NCBI GenBank assembly: GCA_014799565.1
Contig: JAAVHT010000023.1
Span: 43,561-107,560 of the forward strand
DNA length: 64,000 nt
Source: Clostridiales bacterium
GTDB taxonomy: Bacteria > Bacillota > Clostridia > Oscillospirales > Oscillospiraceae
Reading direction: 5' to 3'
Of the stretch, positions 50,826 to 60,362 are shown piece after piece. The notes beneath the pieces are model-generated. The model was not told the origin of the DNA and did not search any database. It saw only the letters and a program-made list of their open reading frames with translations. The translations under genes and the position numbers were made by a program. The first letter of the stretch is position 1. Each line of letters opens with the position of its first letter.

Positions 50826-53621
50826 ATGGACTACAACAAGACCGTCCACCTGCCCCAGACCGACTTTGCCATGCGGGCGGGGCTGCCCAAGCGTGAGCCC
50901 GAGATGCTCAACGGCGAGTGGGCCAAGATTACCTACCACAAGCTGATGGAGAAGAACGCGGGTAAGCCCAAGTTCGTCCTCCACGACGGCCCCCCGTATG
51001 CCAACGGCAACATCCACATCGGCACCGCCATGAACAAGATCCTCAAGGACATCATCGTCAAGTACCGCAACATGACCGGGTACTGCGCTCCCTACGTCCC
51101 CGGCTGGGACACTCACGGCCTGCCCATCGAGACCGCCGTTCTCAAGGACAAGAGCGTCAAGCGCAGCGAGATGACCACCGCCCAGTTCCGGGACAAGTGC
51201 CGGGAGTTCGCCACCCAGTATATCGGCAGGATGACCGAGCAGTTCCAGCGCCTGGGCGTCATCGGCGAGTGGGAGAACCCCTATATCACCCTGCTGCCCG
51301 AGTTCGAGGCTCGTCAGATCGAGGTGTTCGGCAAGATGGCGGAGAAGGGCCTCATCTACAAGGGCATGAAGTCCGTGTACTGGTGCCCCCACGACCAGAC
51401 CGCCCTGGCCGAGGCGGAGATCGACTACCAGGACGACCCCTGCACCACCATTTTCGTGAAATTCCCCGTGAAGGACGACAAGGGCAAGCTTGGCCAGTAC
51501 TGCGACCTGTCCAAGACCTTCTTCGTGATCTGGACCACCACCCCCTGGACCATTCCCGGCAACACCGCGATTTCCATGAACGCGGACTTTGACTATGTGC
51601 TGCTCCAGGCCCCCAACGGCGAAGTGTACGTCATGGCAAAGGAGCTGGCCGAGGGCGTGTGCAAGCAGGCCGGGCTGGACTACGACGCCTGCAAGGTGCT
51701 GGCCACGCTGAAGGGCTCTGAGTTCGAGCTGATGGTGGCAAAGCACCCCCTGCTGGATCAGGATTCCGTGATTTTGAACGGCGACCACGTGACGCTGGAA
51801 GCCGGTACCGGCTGCGTCCACACCGCCCCCGGCTTCGGCGCGGAGGACTTCGACGTGTGCAAGCGGTACGACGACGCGGGGCTGACCAATATCGGCGTGC
51901 CCGTGCCTGTCAACGCCAAGGGTGTCATGACTGACGCCCGCTACAACGGCCAGTTCTACGCCAAGGGCAACGACATGGTGGTGGCCGACCTGGAGGCCGA
52001 GGGCTTCCTGCTGGCCAAGGCCCAGATCACCCACTCCTACCCCCACTGCTGGCGGTGCAAGCACCCCATCATCTACCGGGCCACCGAGCAGTGGTTCTGC
52101 TCCGTGGACGCCATCAAGGACGCCGCTGTCAAGTCCTGCGACGGCATCTCCTGGCATCCCGCCTGGGGCAAGGAGCGTATGGTGTCCATGATCACCGAGC
52201 GCAACGACTGGTGCATCTCTCGCCAGCGCGTCTGGGGCGTGCCCATCCCCGTGTTCTACTGCGACGACTGCGGCGAGGCCATCGTCACCCCCGAGACCAT
52301 CGCCCACGTGGCCGGTCTGTTCCGGGAGCACGGTTCCAACATCTGGTTCGACAAGACCGCCGACGAGCTGGTTCCCGCCGGATTCAAGTGCCCCAAGTGC
52401 GGGGGGGTGCACTTCTCCAAGGAAAACGACATCATGGACGTGTGGTTCGACTCCGGCTCTACCTGGGCCGCCGTGGCCGACGAGCGGGACTACCTCCAGT
52501 ACCCCGCCGACGTCTATCTGGAGGGCGGCGACCAGTACCGCGGGTGGTTCCAGTCCTCCATGCTGACCTCCATCGCCTGCAACGGCATCGCGCCCTATAA
52601 GCAGATCATCACCCACGGCTGGACCGTGGACGGCGAGGGCAAGGCCATGCACAAGTCCCTGGGCAACGCCATGCCCCCCGAGGAGATCATCAAGGACTAC
52701 GGCGCGGATATGCTGCGTCTGTGGGTGTCCTCCGCCGACTACACCCAGGATATGCGCATCTCCAAGGAGATCATGAAGCAGCTCTCCCAGGCGTATCTGA
52801 AGATCCGCAACACCGCCCGGTATATGCTGGGCAACCTGGACGGCTTCGATCCCAACAACGCCGTGGCGGTGAAGGATATGGCCGATCTCGACCGCTGGGC
52901 CGTGGCGGCGTTCAACGACCTGGCCAAGACCGTCCGCGCCGGGTATGAGAGCTACGAGTTCCACACGGTGTACCGCGCCATCTATAACTTCTGCGTGGTG
53001 GAGATGTCCAACTTCTATCTGGACATCATCAAGGACCGGCTGTACTGCGGCGACGACGCGGGCCGCGCCTCCGCCCAGTCCGCCCTGTTCCTGATCCTGG
53101 ACGGCATGACCCGGATGCTGGCCCCCATCCTGGCCTTTACCAGCCAGGAGATCTGGGCGGCCATGCCCCACCGCGCCGCAGATGATGCCGAGTGCGTGCT
53201 GTTCAACGACATCCCGGACTACGACCCGGCACTGGCGCTGCATGAGAGAGAGGGCGTGCGCTGGGAGGAGCTGCTGGAAGTGCGGGACGTGGTGCTGAAG
53301 GCGCTGGAAGAAGCCCGCGCTCAGGGCATCAAGAAGAACCAGGACGCGGAGATCGTTCTCGGCCTGGACGGAAATCTCATGATTGTTTGGGAGGAAGGCC
53401 ACTACCTGCCCGGCTTTGAACTGAGCGATTTGGCCAACCTGTTCATCGTCTCCAAGGTGACGGTGGAACAGCGTGATGATGAGGCTCCCGGCCTCACTGT
53501 TGCGGTGAAGCTGTCCGAAGCCCCCAAGTGCCCCCGGTGCTGGAACCACGACGCTCACATCGGCACGGCAGGGCATCACGCCGAGCTGTGCGACCGCTGC
53601 GCCAAGGTGCTGGGCGAGTAA
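50826..53621 (+). CDS. ileS: Isoleucine--tRNA ligase (type 1)
   Basis: [49 protein letters not shown]-terminal CPRCW...CDRC. Confidence 0.98.
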   Translation: MDYNKTVHLPQTDFAMRAGLPKREPEMLNGEWAKITYHKLMEKNAGKPKFVLHDGPPYANGNIHIGTAMNKILKDIIVKYRNMTGYCAPYVPGWDTHGLPIETAVLKDKSVKRSEMTTAQFRDKCREFATQYIGRMTEQFQRLGVIGEWENPYITLLPEFEARQIEVFGKMAEKGLIYKGMKSVYWCPHDQTALAEAEIDYQDDPCTTIFVKFPVKDDKGKLGQYCDLSKTFFVIWTTTPWTIPGNTAISMNADFDYVLLQAPNGEVYVMAKELAEGVCKQAGLDYDACKVLATLKGSEFELMVAKHPLLDQDSVILNGDHVTLEAGTGCVHTAPGFGAEDFDVCKRYDDAGLTNIGVPVPVNAKGVMTDARYNGQFYAKGNDMVVADLEAEGFLLAKAQITHSYPHCWRCKHPIIYRATEQWFCSVDAIKDAAVKSCDGISWHPAWGKERMVSMITERNDWCISRQRVWGVPIPVFYCDDCGEAIVTPETIAHVAGLFREHGSNIWFDKTADELVPAGFKCPKCGGVHFSKENDIMDVWFDSGSTWAAVADERDYLQYPADVYLEGGDQYRGWFQSSMLTSIACNGIAPYKQIITHGWTVDGEGKAMHKSLGNAMPPEEIIKDYGADMLRLWVSSADYTQDMRISKEIMKQLSQAYLKIRNTARYMLGNLDGFDPNNAVAVKDMADLDRWAVAAFNDLAKTVRAGYESYEFHTVYRAIYNFCVVEMSNFYLDIIKDRLYCGDDAGRASAQSALFLILDGMTRMLAPILAFTSQEIWAAMPHRAADDAECVLFNDIPDYDPALALHEREGVRWEELLEVRDVVLKALEEARAQGIKKNQDAEIVLGLDGNLMIVWEEGHYLPGFELSDLANLFIVSKVTVEQRDDEAPGLTVAVKLSEAPKCPRCWNHDAHIGTAGHHAELCDRCAKVLGE

Positions 53622-53656
53622 GCGGCTCCACGCTGAGCGGCGCCGTCACGTACGAA

Positions 53657-53705
53657 CAAACAAAGAAGCTCCTCCCCGCCATGCGGGGAGGAGCTTCTTT
53701 GTTTG
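53657..53705. terminator. Bidirectional terminator
   Basis: 23-bp stem caaacaaagaagctcctccccgc / gcggggaggagcttctttgtttg. Confidence 0.8.
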
Positions 53706-53716
53706 ATCTGCTGTGC

Positions 53717-53878
53717 TCAGCCAAAGAGCTTTTCAAGTTCATGTAAAGCGTTGTGGACTTCGCAATAGCCGTTCTTCACAGCCTTATCATCGCAGCCGTC
53801 CCATTTGCACTTAGAGGAACAGCTGGCCATGCTGAGGATCATAATAGCGGCGGCGATCAGGGCAGCCAATCTCTTCAT
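53717..53878 (-). CDS. Small lipoprotein (53 aa) with a C-x4-C-x9-C-x2-H motif; not in the ORF track
   Basis: MKRLAALIAAAIMILSMASCSSKCKWDGCDDKAVKNGYCEVHNALHELEKLFG*; AAGGGAG RBS; TTGACT-17-TATCGT promoter; converges on the ileS terminator. Confidence 0.75.
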   Translation of the reverse strand: MKRLAALIAAAIMILSMASCSSKCKWDGCDDKAVKNGYCEVHNALHELEKLFG

Positions 53879-53992
53879 TTTGAATTCTCCCTTCTCAATA
53901 TTGTCAGGTGTTCTCTCACCATTGCCACGATATCATGGATTTTGGGGAAAGTCAATATATTTGGTTACATTTAGGAGGGAGACTTTTGCGGG

Positions 53993-55555
53993 TCAGCCAG
54001 CAGGCTGGTTGACCACGCCCAGGAACAGCGGCAGATCACTGTCCCCGGTGACGGCGAACAGGAAGGGGCGATCCAGGGTGAAGTCCACCTCGTCGTTGGG
54101 GGGTGGGGCAGCTCCGCCATATAGAAGCATGACGGTGTAGGCCGCGGCCTCGCAGCCATCCTCGTCCACTGTCACCCGGGCGGCGTGCTGGGCCTTGGCG
54201 ACATAAAGTGGGTCGTCGGTGGAAGCCCCCAGGGGGTCGAAATTGGAGACGTACATATTAAATACGTCGGTGACGCCCAGCGCCTTCAGGCCCTCAATCA
54301 AGTCCAGGTCGGAGGATACGTCGAATTTGGGCATGGACAGGTGGATGTCCAGATACTTCTGACCGGGCCACGCGCCCACGTATTTCTGAGTTTTCTCATC
54401 CCAATTGCCGTACTTGCTGGCAAGCAGGAAGTCCATGGCCTCGCCGCTTTGGAGCAGCTCGTCCACAGAATACCCCTCGTCGGGGAGGATCAGCCACATA
54501 CTGCCGCCCTGCTGAAAAGAGAGCTGTACGGCGGCGAAGTGCTCCCCCCAGTAGTAGGTGTCCTCCAGGGTCTTGTGCATGAAATCCACGTCCACGTCGC
54601 CGGATGGGGCGTGGAAGACGTCGGTCTCGGTGCGCTCCTTATTGAATTCGCTGTGCCAGGCGGCCTTGAAGTAGATGGTGGAGGCCAGGGCCATCACCGT
54701 CTCCGGCGTCATCTCCAGCTGGCTGACCTGTTCGTCCAAAAGTCCTCCGGTCTGCCCGTTGAGCCAGTCCCGCAGGGCTTGGTTGTACTCCTCGCTGCCC
54801 ATCTCGCCGGAGAAGGAGGAGGCGTAGTAGGTTTCCGCCAGGGTGTCCAGGGTTTTTTGGCTGTAGGTCATGCCGTCCCTGAGCCACAGGGAGCTGCCCA
54901 GGATGGAGGTCACGGTTCCGTCATCCCGGTAGTGGTCTTTCCACAGGGCGGCGGCCCGGGTACGGAGGGTCTCGATGGAGTCCACCTGGAGCAGATCCAG
55001 GATCTGCCGGCGGCTGTCCCCCCCGGCCGTCTCCGCCAGCATGGACAGGGCCATATAGACATTCAACGGGGAATAGATCCGGTTGTCCTCCCCCGCGCCG
55101 GTGAGGAACTGAGCGGTGGAGGCGGACAGGAACTCATCCAGCATTCCGGTATAATCCGTGCCGGAGCGAAGGGCTTTCATATCCGCGGACCAGGCGTTGT
55201 AGGCTTTGTCGTAAGCCTTGCTGGTGTGGTCGGTGTAGTGGTCAAAATAGTCGTCCTGCCTGGGATAGGGGTGCATCTCCGGATAAACCGCCAGAGACAG
55301 GGCGTGGGCGCTGTAGGTCTCGGGCCGTTCGGCGCTCCTGCCGATGGGGAGGCCGGGATTGTCGCCGGAAAGGACGGCGGGGCCGCCTGTCCGCCCCGGC
55401 CACAGGGCGATCCCGCCAATGATGGCCACCACCAGCACCGCCGCCACCGCCCCCATCCAGCGGGCATGGGAGTGCTTTTGGCTGGGCCGGGCGGCGTTTT
55501 CCTTCAATTCTTCGGGGGCATGGATGCCCTCGTTTGCTTTTTGATAGCGCTTCAA
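53993..55555 (-). CDS. Membrane-anchored serpin with an anti-sigma-like N-terminus
   Basis: Serpin motifs NRIYSPLNVYMALSML, WLNGQTGG, STIYFKAAW, FHAPSG..VDFM, ILPDEG, MPKFD, DEDGCEAAAYT, DRPFLF; TM at about residues 33-52; TTG start overlapping the sigma stop. Confidence 0.9.
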   Translation of the reverse strand: MKRYQKANEGIHAPEELKENAARPSQKHSHARWMGAVAAVLVVAIIGGIALWPGRTGGPAVLSGDNPGLPIGRSAERPETYSAHALSLAVYPEMHPYPRQDDYFDHYTDHTSKAYDKAYNAWSADMKALRSGTDYTGMLDEFLSASTAQFLTGAGEDNRIYSPLNVYMALSMLAETAGGDSRRQILDLLQVDSIETLRTRAAALWKDHYRDDGTVTSILGSSLWLRDGMTYSQKTLDTLAETYYASSFSGEMGSEEYNQALRDWLNGQTGGLLDEQVSQLEMTPETVMALASTIYFKAAWHSEFNKERTETDVFHAPSGDVDVDFMHKTLEDTYYWGEHFAAVQLSFQQGGSMWLILPDEGYSVDELLQSGEAMDFLLASKYGNWDEKTQKYVGAWPGQKYLDIHLSMPKFDVSSDLDLIEGLKALGVTDVFNMYVSNFDPLGASTDDPLYVAKAQHAARVTVDEDGCEAAAYTVMLLYGGAAPPPNDEVDFTLDRPFLFAVTGDSDLPLFLGVVNQPAG

Positions 55556-56028
55556 AGTTCTACCTCCTCAAGCATATCCCGCAGGAGAGCCCGGCCCCGG
55601 CTGAGCTGGGACTTAACGGTGCCCTCCGTCGATTGCAGAGCGGCGGCGATCTCAGCCACCGACAGGCCCTCGAAGTAGTGCAGATGGATGACGGCCCGGT
55701 ACTTGGCTGGCAGGGAGAGTACGGCAGAGTACACGTCGCGGTAATCGTCCTCCACGCCCACCTCCTCAGCGGTTTCCAGCGGCACAGTGCGCCGCCGCCA
55801 GGGGGAGGCCATCACGCTTTTGCACCGGTTGATGGTGCAGCGCAGGAGCCACGCCTTGCGGTGCTCGTCGCTCTCAAACCGGTCCTCGTGGCGGAAATAG
55901 CGCAAAAAGACCTCCTGAAACACGTCCTCCGCGTCGGGGACGCTGGCGGTGCGGGCCAGGGCGAGACGGTATACCATGTCCCCCCAGCGGCTCACCTCCC
56001 GGGTGCGCTGTTCCTCTGTCAAGGCCAT
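55552..56028 (-). CDS. ECF RNA polymerase sigma factor
   Basis: DAEDVFQEVFLR, KAWLLRCTINRC, LHYFEGLSVAEIA, GTVKSQLSRGR. Confidence 0.93.
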   Translation of the reverse strand: MALTEEQRTREVSRWGDMVYRLALARTASVPDAEDVFQEVFLRYFRHEDRFESDEHRKAWLLRCTINRCKSVMASPWRRRTVPLETAEEVGVEDDYRDVYSAVLSLPAKYRAVIHLHYFEGLSVAEIAAALQSTEGTVKSQLSRGRALLRDMLEEVEL

Positions 56029-56080
56029 CGCCTTCTTTCTTCCGCGCCTCGGCCGCGGCGCGTTTTTTGCCTGTCATTTA

Positions 56081-56110
56081 TAATACCTTATCGCGGGGAA
56101 AAAGGTTGCG
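56081..56110 (-). promoter_or_regulatory. Putative ECF autoregulatory promoter
   Basis: gcAAC-ctttttccccgcgataa-GGTatta on the minus strand, just downstream of the ricT terminator (56121-56149). Confidence 0.45.
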
Positions 56111-56153
56111 CCGGGCCCGAAAAAGCCCGCCGGGTCACGGCGGGCTTTTGAAT

Positions 56154-57416
56154 TCAGTTCTGGGGCGGCTGAGACGCCTGCCCGCCGCCGGACTTGCGGC
56201 GGTGGTGGGGGCGGTAGCGCCGCTTGTGGTTGGGATTGGTTTTGGCCTCACCCTCGGGGGCGGGCTGGGCTTGCTTTTGGGGCTGGGATTTGGGCTGGGC
56301 CTGCTTTTGGGGCGCGGACTGCTGGCGGGGTTTTTGCTGTCCCTGCTGCTGGGGCGCGCGCTCCTGCCGGGGCTGGTTCTGGGCGGACTTGCCCTGTCCG
56401 CCGCGGTTCCGGCGTCCGCCGCCCTGCTTCGGGCTGTCGGGCTGGCGCTGCTGGCCGCTCTCCCCCATATAGCGCTCCAGCACCTCCCCCAGGTCGGCGG
56501 GGCCGTCCGCCTTGCGGCCGGAGCGTACCCGCTCCCCCTCCTGGGTGCGCAGCTTTTCCAGCTCCCCCTTGGGGGGCGCAATATAGCCCTCGGGACGCTT
56601 GCCCTTGCCGCTGCGCACCACCCGGATCTCGTCGGTGAGATAGGTTTTGGGCTGTTCGGTGGAGTCCTCCAGGCGAACCTTCACCTGCTCCTTGAGAAGA
56701 TTGACGGCGGACACGGAGCCAACCCCGTCGGGGCACTCCACAAAGGACTCCTGCTTGGGGCAGCGCTTCACCGCGTCCTCATAGGCGCCCTGCTCGTATT
56801 TGAGGCAGCACATCAGCCGCCCGCAGGTGCCGGAGATCTTGGTGGGGTTCAGAGACAGGTTCTGGGTTTTGGCCATTTTGATGGACACGGGCTGGAACTC
56901 GTCCAGGAATTGGGCGCAGCAGAAGGGCTTGCCGCAGATGCCAAAACCGCCCAGCATACGGGCTTCATCCCGCACGCCGATCTGCCGCAGCTCAATGCGG
57001 GCCCGGAAGATACCCGCCAGATCCTTCACCAGGGCGCGGAAGTCCACCCGCCCATCGGAGGTGAAGAAGAAGATGATCTTGCTGCCGTCGAAGCTGTACT
57101 CCACCTGAACCAGCTTCATGTCCAGGCCGTGGCGCTCCACCAGCTGCTGGCAGACGGTCAGGGCCTCCTTTTCCTTGGCCCGGTTCTCCCGAACCTGTCG
57201 CTCGTCCTTCTCCGTGGCCAGCCGCACCACTGGGCGCAGGGGCTGAACCACGGCGCTGTCCTCCACCATGCTGTTGCGGCGGACGCAGGAGCCGTATTCC
57301 AGGCCCTTGCCCGTCTCCACAATGACGCTCTGCCCCTCCGCCACCGTCAGGCCGGCGGGGTCGAAATAATATTGCTTGCCGCCCGGCCGGAACCGGACGC
57401 TGATGATTTCCGTCAT
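56154..57416 (-). CDS. ricT: PSP1-domain protein RicT (YaaT) with a long Q/P/R-rich tail
   Basis: YYFDP, RVDFRALVKDLA, RIELRQIGVRDEA, GICGKPFCC, KISGTCGRLMCCLKYE. Confidence 0.92.
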   Translation of the reverse strand: MTEIISVRFRPGGKQYYFDPAGLTVAEGQSVIVETGKGLEYGSCVRRNSMVEDSAVVQPLRPVVRLATEKDERQVRENRAKEKEALTVCQQLVERHGLDMKLVQVEYSFDGSKIIFFFTSDGRVDFRALVKDLAGIFRARIELRQIGVRDEARMLGGFGICGKPFCCAQFLDEFQPVSIKMAKTQNLSLNPTKISGTCGRLMCCLKYEQGAYEDAVKRCPKQESFVECPDGVGSVSAVNLLKEQVKVRLEDSTEQPKTYLTDEIRVVRSGKGKRPEGYIAPPKGELEKLRTQEGERVRSGRKADGPADLGEVLERYMGESGQQRQPDSPKQGGGRRNRGGQGKSAQNQPRQERAPQQQGQQKPRQQSAPQKQAQPKSQPQKQAQPAPEGEAKTNPNHKRRYRPHHRRKSGGGQASQPPQN

Positions 57417-57449
57417 AAGGGTTGTCCTCCGTATATTTGAATGCTTTTC

Positions 57450-58217
57450 TCAGAAAAGCTGGGTCAACAGCCAACCTAATGTGTGGCCCGCGCTGGGGCG
57501 GTACACCCCGTTCTCCCGGCAGACCTTGAGAGCCTGGAGTACCTTCGCGCCCCGCCTGGGGTGTTCGGCAAGCCGGCGGGACACCTGGTTTTCCGTCTCG
57601 CCCAGCAGGGCGGCCAGCTGATTGTGCTTGGGTTTGGACAGCTCCAGCTCCAGCTCCACCAGGGCCTGGGCACAGGCCAGCTCATCCCCGCCCAGCAGCA
57701 GCCGTGCCAAGGATGCCGCCCGCTCCACCAGCTCGGGATCAGGGGCCTCCTCCTCCGGGGGAAGGGCCAGCAGCTCGCACCGGGAGCGCACCGTGTCCAG
57801 CAGCATTCCCGGCTGATCCGCCAGCAGCAGGAAGGCGGCGTAAGCAGGGCCGTCCTCCAGCACCTTCAGCAGGGCGTTCTGGGCGGCGGGATTCATGGCG
57901 TCCGCCGGGTCGATGACATATACCTTCCGCCTGCCCTCGTTGGGGCGGATGTAGGCGTCAGACCGCAGGGCGCGGATCTGATCCACGGCGATCTCCCGTT
58001 TGTCCGGGGCGGGGGCGGTGTACACCACATCCGGGTGGGTTCCCGCCGCCGCCTTCCGGCAGGGCGGGCATTTGCCGCAGGGAGGACTCCCACCGGGAGG
58101 AAGTTCCCCTTGGCACAGGTAGGCCGCCGTCAGGCGGCGGGCAAGGGCGGCCCGGCCGTCCCCGCTCCCCCCGGTGATGAGGTAGGCGTGGGACAGGGGA
58201 TTGGGAAGCTCCATCAT
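57450..58217 (-). CDS. holB: DNA polymerase III delta' subunit
   Basis: SHAYLITG, PCGKCPPC, HPD, IAVDQIR, AQNALLKVLE, TVRSRC. Confidence 0.88.
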   Translation of the reverse strand: MMELPNPLSHAYLITGGSGDGRAALARRLTAAYLCQGELPPGGSPPCGKCPPCRKAAAGTHPDVVYTAPAPDKREIAVDQIRALRSDAYIRPNEGRRKVYVIDPADAMNPAAQNALLKVLEDGPAYAAFLLLADQPGMLLDTVRSRCELLALPPEEEAPDPELVERAASLARLLLGGDELACAQALVELELELSKPKHNQLAALLGETENQVSRRLAEHPRRGAKVLQALKVCRENGVYRPSAGHTLGWLLTQLF

Positions 58218-58537
58218 AGCCGCTCGAACCGCTCCACGTCCACCACGAACACGGTGGCCCCGCCCACGGTGACCTCCACCGGCATGACGGGCATGAAGCC
58301 GTAGCTCATTTCGGTGATGGCGGGCACCATCTGCTTGCGGCTGTGGGAGTGTTCATGGATCAGGTCAATGACAGCCTGCACCCGCTCCTCCTCCACGCCG
58401 ATGAGCAGGGTGACGTTGCTGGCCAGCAGGAAGCCGCCGGTGGTGGACAGGCGGGTGGAGGAAAAGCCGTTCCTGGACAGGTTCTGGGTGACGGCGTTGG
58501 CGTCGTCGCGGTTGATGATGGCGATGATGAGCTTCAT
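58214..58537 (-). CDS. darA: c-di-AMP receptor DarA/PstA (PII-like)
   Basis: MKLIIAII..DD, STTGGFL...NVTLLIG, VGGATVFV. Confidence 0.9.
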   Translation of the reverse strand: MKLIIAIINRDDANAVTQNLSRNGFSSTRLSTTGGFLLASNVTLLIGVEEERVQAVIDLIHEHSHSRKQMVPAITEMSYGFMPVMPVEVTVGGATVFVVDVERFERL

Positions 58538-58615
58538 GGTTTTACCCCTCTCTGCTGATAACGCCGCAGGATTCCGATCACGGGCGCGAAACGCCGCCGT
58601 GATATGGGCATAAGA

Positions 58616-59929
58616 TCACAGTATAATATCTGCCGTGGAGATATTATATCCTATTTCGCGCAAATAGGCCAGATGTTTTTTTTCGATCCGCTCGCCGGGG
58701 GCGATGACCGGCACGCCGGGGGGGTAGGGCGCGATTTGACAGGCGGCGATTTGGCCCGCGCTGTCCGCCAAACGCACGGTCTTTCTTGGGGCGAACAGGG
58801 CCTGCCGGGGAGTGAGCGCCGCCTCCGGCGGCCCCGGTGGGGGCGGGTAGGGGGCGCAGGGGCCGGTAAGTCCGGTTTCAGACAGGGCACGCTCCAGGCG
58901 GGTGAATTCCGCCTCGCCGTCGGCGCAGGTGAGGATGCAGACCACATGGCCCCGGTCGGCCATCTCCGGGTATACGCCCTGTTCCCGCAGGGCATCCGCC
59001 AGGGCAAAGCCGTCGGGGCTTTTCAGGGTGAGCCGGGTGGGATCCAGGGACAGGCCGTCCCGCTCTTGGAGGGCGGGCCAGCGGGAACGCAGGTTTTCCG
59101 CCAGGCGGGCCGTCTCCCGATAGCGGGCCGTGCCCTCCCCCTCCATGTAATCCCGGGCTAGATCCAGGGCGGCCATGAGGATATAGGACGGGGATGAGGA
59201 GCCGTATACCGAGCCCCACCGCTGAAGCTGGGCCAGTTCAAAGCCGTTGGCAAACAGCAGGGCGGTCTGGCCGGGGGCGGGCAGAGCCTTATGGGCGGAC
59301 ATGACCACCACGTCCGCCGCCTGATAGCCGGTATAGCCCAGGAAGGGCAGGTGCGCCCCGTGGGCGCCATCCACCATGAGTTTTGCGCCATGGGCATGGC
59401 ATACCGCCGCGATGGCGGGAATATCCGACAACACACCGTAATAAGTGGGTGAAGTGATACAAACGGTTTTGATTTCTGAGTGCTTTTTGAGGGTTTCTTC
59501 CATCGCTTCGGGCGGAATGGGGCCGGTTACCCCCGCTTCCTCCAGCCAGGGGCGGGTGAGAAAATGGGGCGCCAGATCCAGCAGGGCCAGGGCGTGGTAG
59601 GCGGAGCGGTGGCTGCCCCGATCCAGGGCCACCGCGCCCCCCGCCCCCGCCAGCAGGGCAAGGCCCGTGTGTACCCCCTGGGTGGAGCCCCCGGTGAGAA
59701 ACAGGCAGGAATCAAAGCCAAAACGCTTGGCCCAGAGGTTTTCGGCCGCTTGGATGGCGTCCGGCTCGTCCCCAAACAGGTCGCCGGTGGCGCCGTTTTC
59801 CGTGAAGTCCAGCCCAGAGGGCCAGGGGAAGCTCCCCGGCAGGGGTGTGCCGTGGTGTCCGGGCATATCCAGCCGGAGGGGATTTTGCGTGGCCAGCGCC
59901 CGCAGGCAGTCATAAAGCGGGGTGGGCAT
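58616..59929 (-). CDS. PLP-dependent Arg/Lys/Orn decarboxylase family protein (YaaO-like)
   Basis: DMPGH, GSTQG, TSPTYYG, VDGAHGAH, SAHK, SSSPSY, PYPPGVP. Confidence 0.88.
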   Translation of the reverse strand: MPTPLYDCLRALATQNPLRLDMPGHHGTPLPGSFPWPSGLDFTENGATGDLFGDEPDAIQAAENLWAKRFGFDSCLFLTGGSTQGVHTGLALLAGAGGAVALDRGSHRSAYHALALLDLAPHFLTRPWLEEAGVTGPIPPEAMEETLKKHSEIKTVCITSPTYYGVLSDIPAIAAVCHAHGAKLMVDGAHGAHLPFLGYTGYQAADVVVMSAHKALPAPGQTALLFANGFELAQLQRWGSVYGSSSPSYILMAALDLARDYMEGEGTARYRETARLAENLRSRWPALQERDGLSLDPTRLTLKSPDGFALADALREQGVYPEMADRGHVVCILTCADGEAEFTRLERALSETGLTGPCAPYPPPPGPPEAALTPRQALFAPRKTVRLADSAGQIAACQIAPYPPGVPVIAPGERIEKKHLAYLREIGYNISTADIIL

Positions 59930-59932
59930 GGT

Positions 59933-60343
59933 TCACCGCCCGCCCAGGAAGGCTTCCGCTTTTTGGAGGGTGTCCCGGTCGGAGGAATGGGTGAGCCGCT
60001 CCATGGCCGCGTCAAAGGGCAGGAACCGGGCGTCCGCCACCTCCTCGGGCTGGCAGACGATTCCGCCGTCGCGGGCCCGGGCCAGGAAGAACACCACGTC
60101 CTTGGTGCAGTGGGGATGGGGTGAGTAGGTGATGACCTCCCGGAAGCCGTCGAGGAAGTCCACCGTCAGGCCGGTCTCTTCCATGATCTCACGAGTGGCG
60201 GTCTCGCGCTCCGTCTCCTTCTTCTCCACGTGGCCCTTGCACAGGGTGACGTGGCCCTTGGTACTGGTGAGGATGAGGTAAAAGCGCCTGCCGTTGTCAT
60301 CCTCGCGGAAGATCACCGCGCCGCAGCTTTTTTCCTGTTTCAT
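59933..60343 (-). CDS. NUDIX hydrolase (Ap4A hydrolase-like)
   Basis: EKSCGAVIF, KGHVE...REIMEETGL Nudix box, KDVVFFLA. Confidence 0.88.
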   Translation of the reverse strand: MKQEKSCGAVIFREDDNGRRFYLILTSTKGHVTLCKGHVEKKETERETATREIMEETGLTVDFLDGFREVITYSPHPHCTKDVVFFLARARDGGIVCQPEEVADARFLPFDAAMERLTHSSDRDTLQKAEAFLGGR

Positions 60344-60362
60344 ATCGTCAAGTCCTCTCCCC

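Noticed and set aside
48878-50827. 649-aa minus-strand ORF spanning prmA, the repeats and the T-box
   Set aside because: Overlaps several supported + strand features and has no domain; a chance stop-free frame in GC-rich DNA.
53753-54159. Short ORFs in the track at 53753, 53805 and 53971
   Set aside because: No RBS or protein features; the minus-strand lipoprotein ORF and the serpin end explain the region better.
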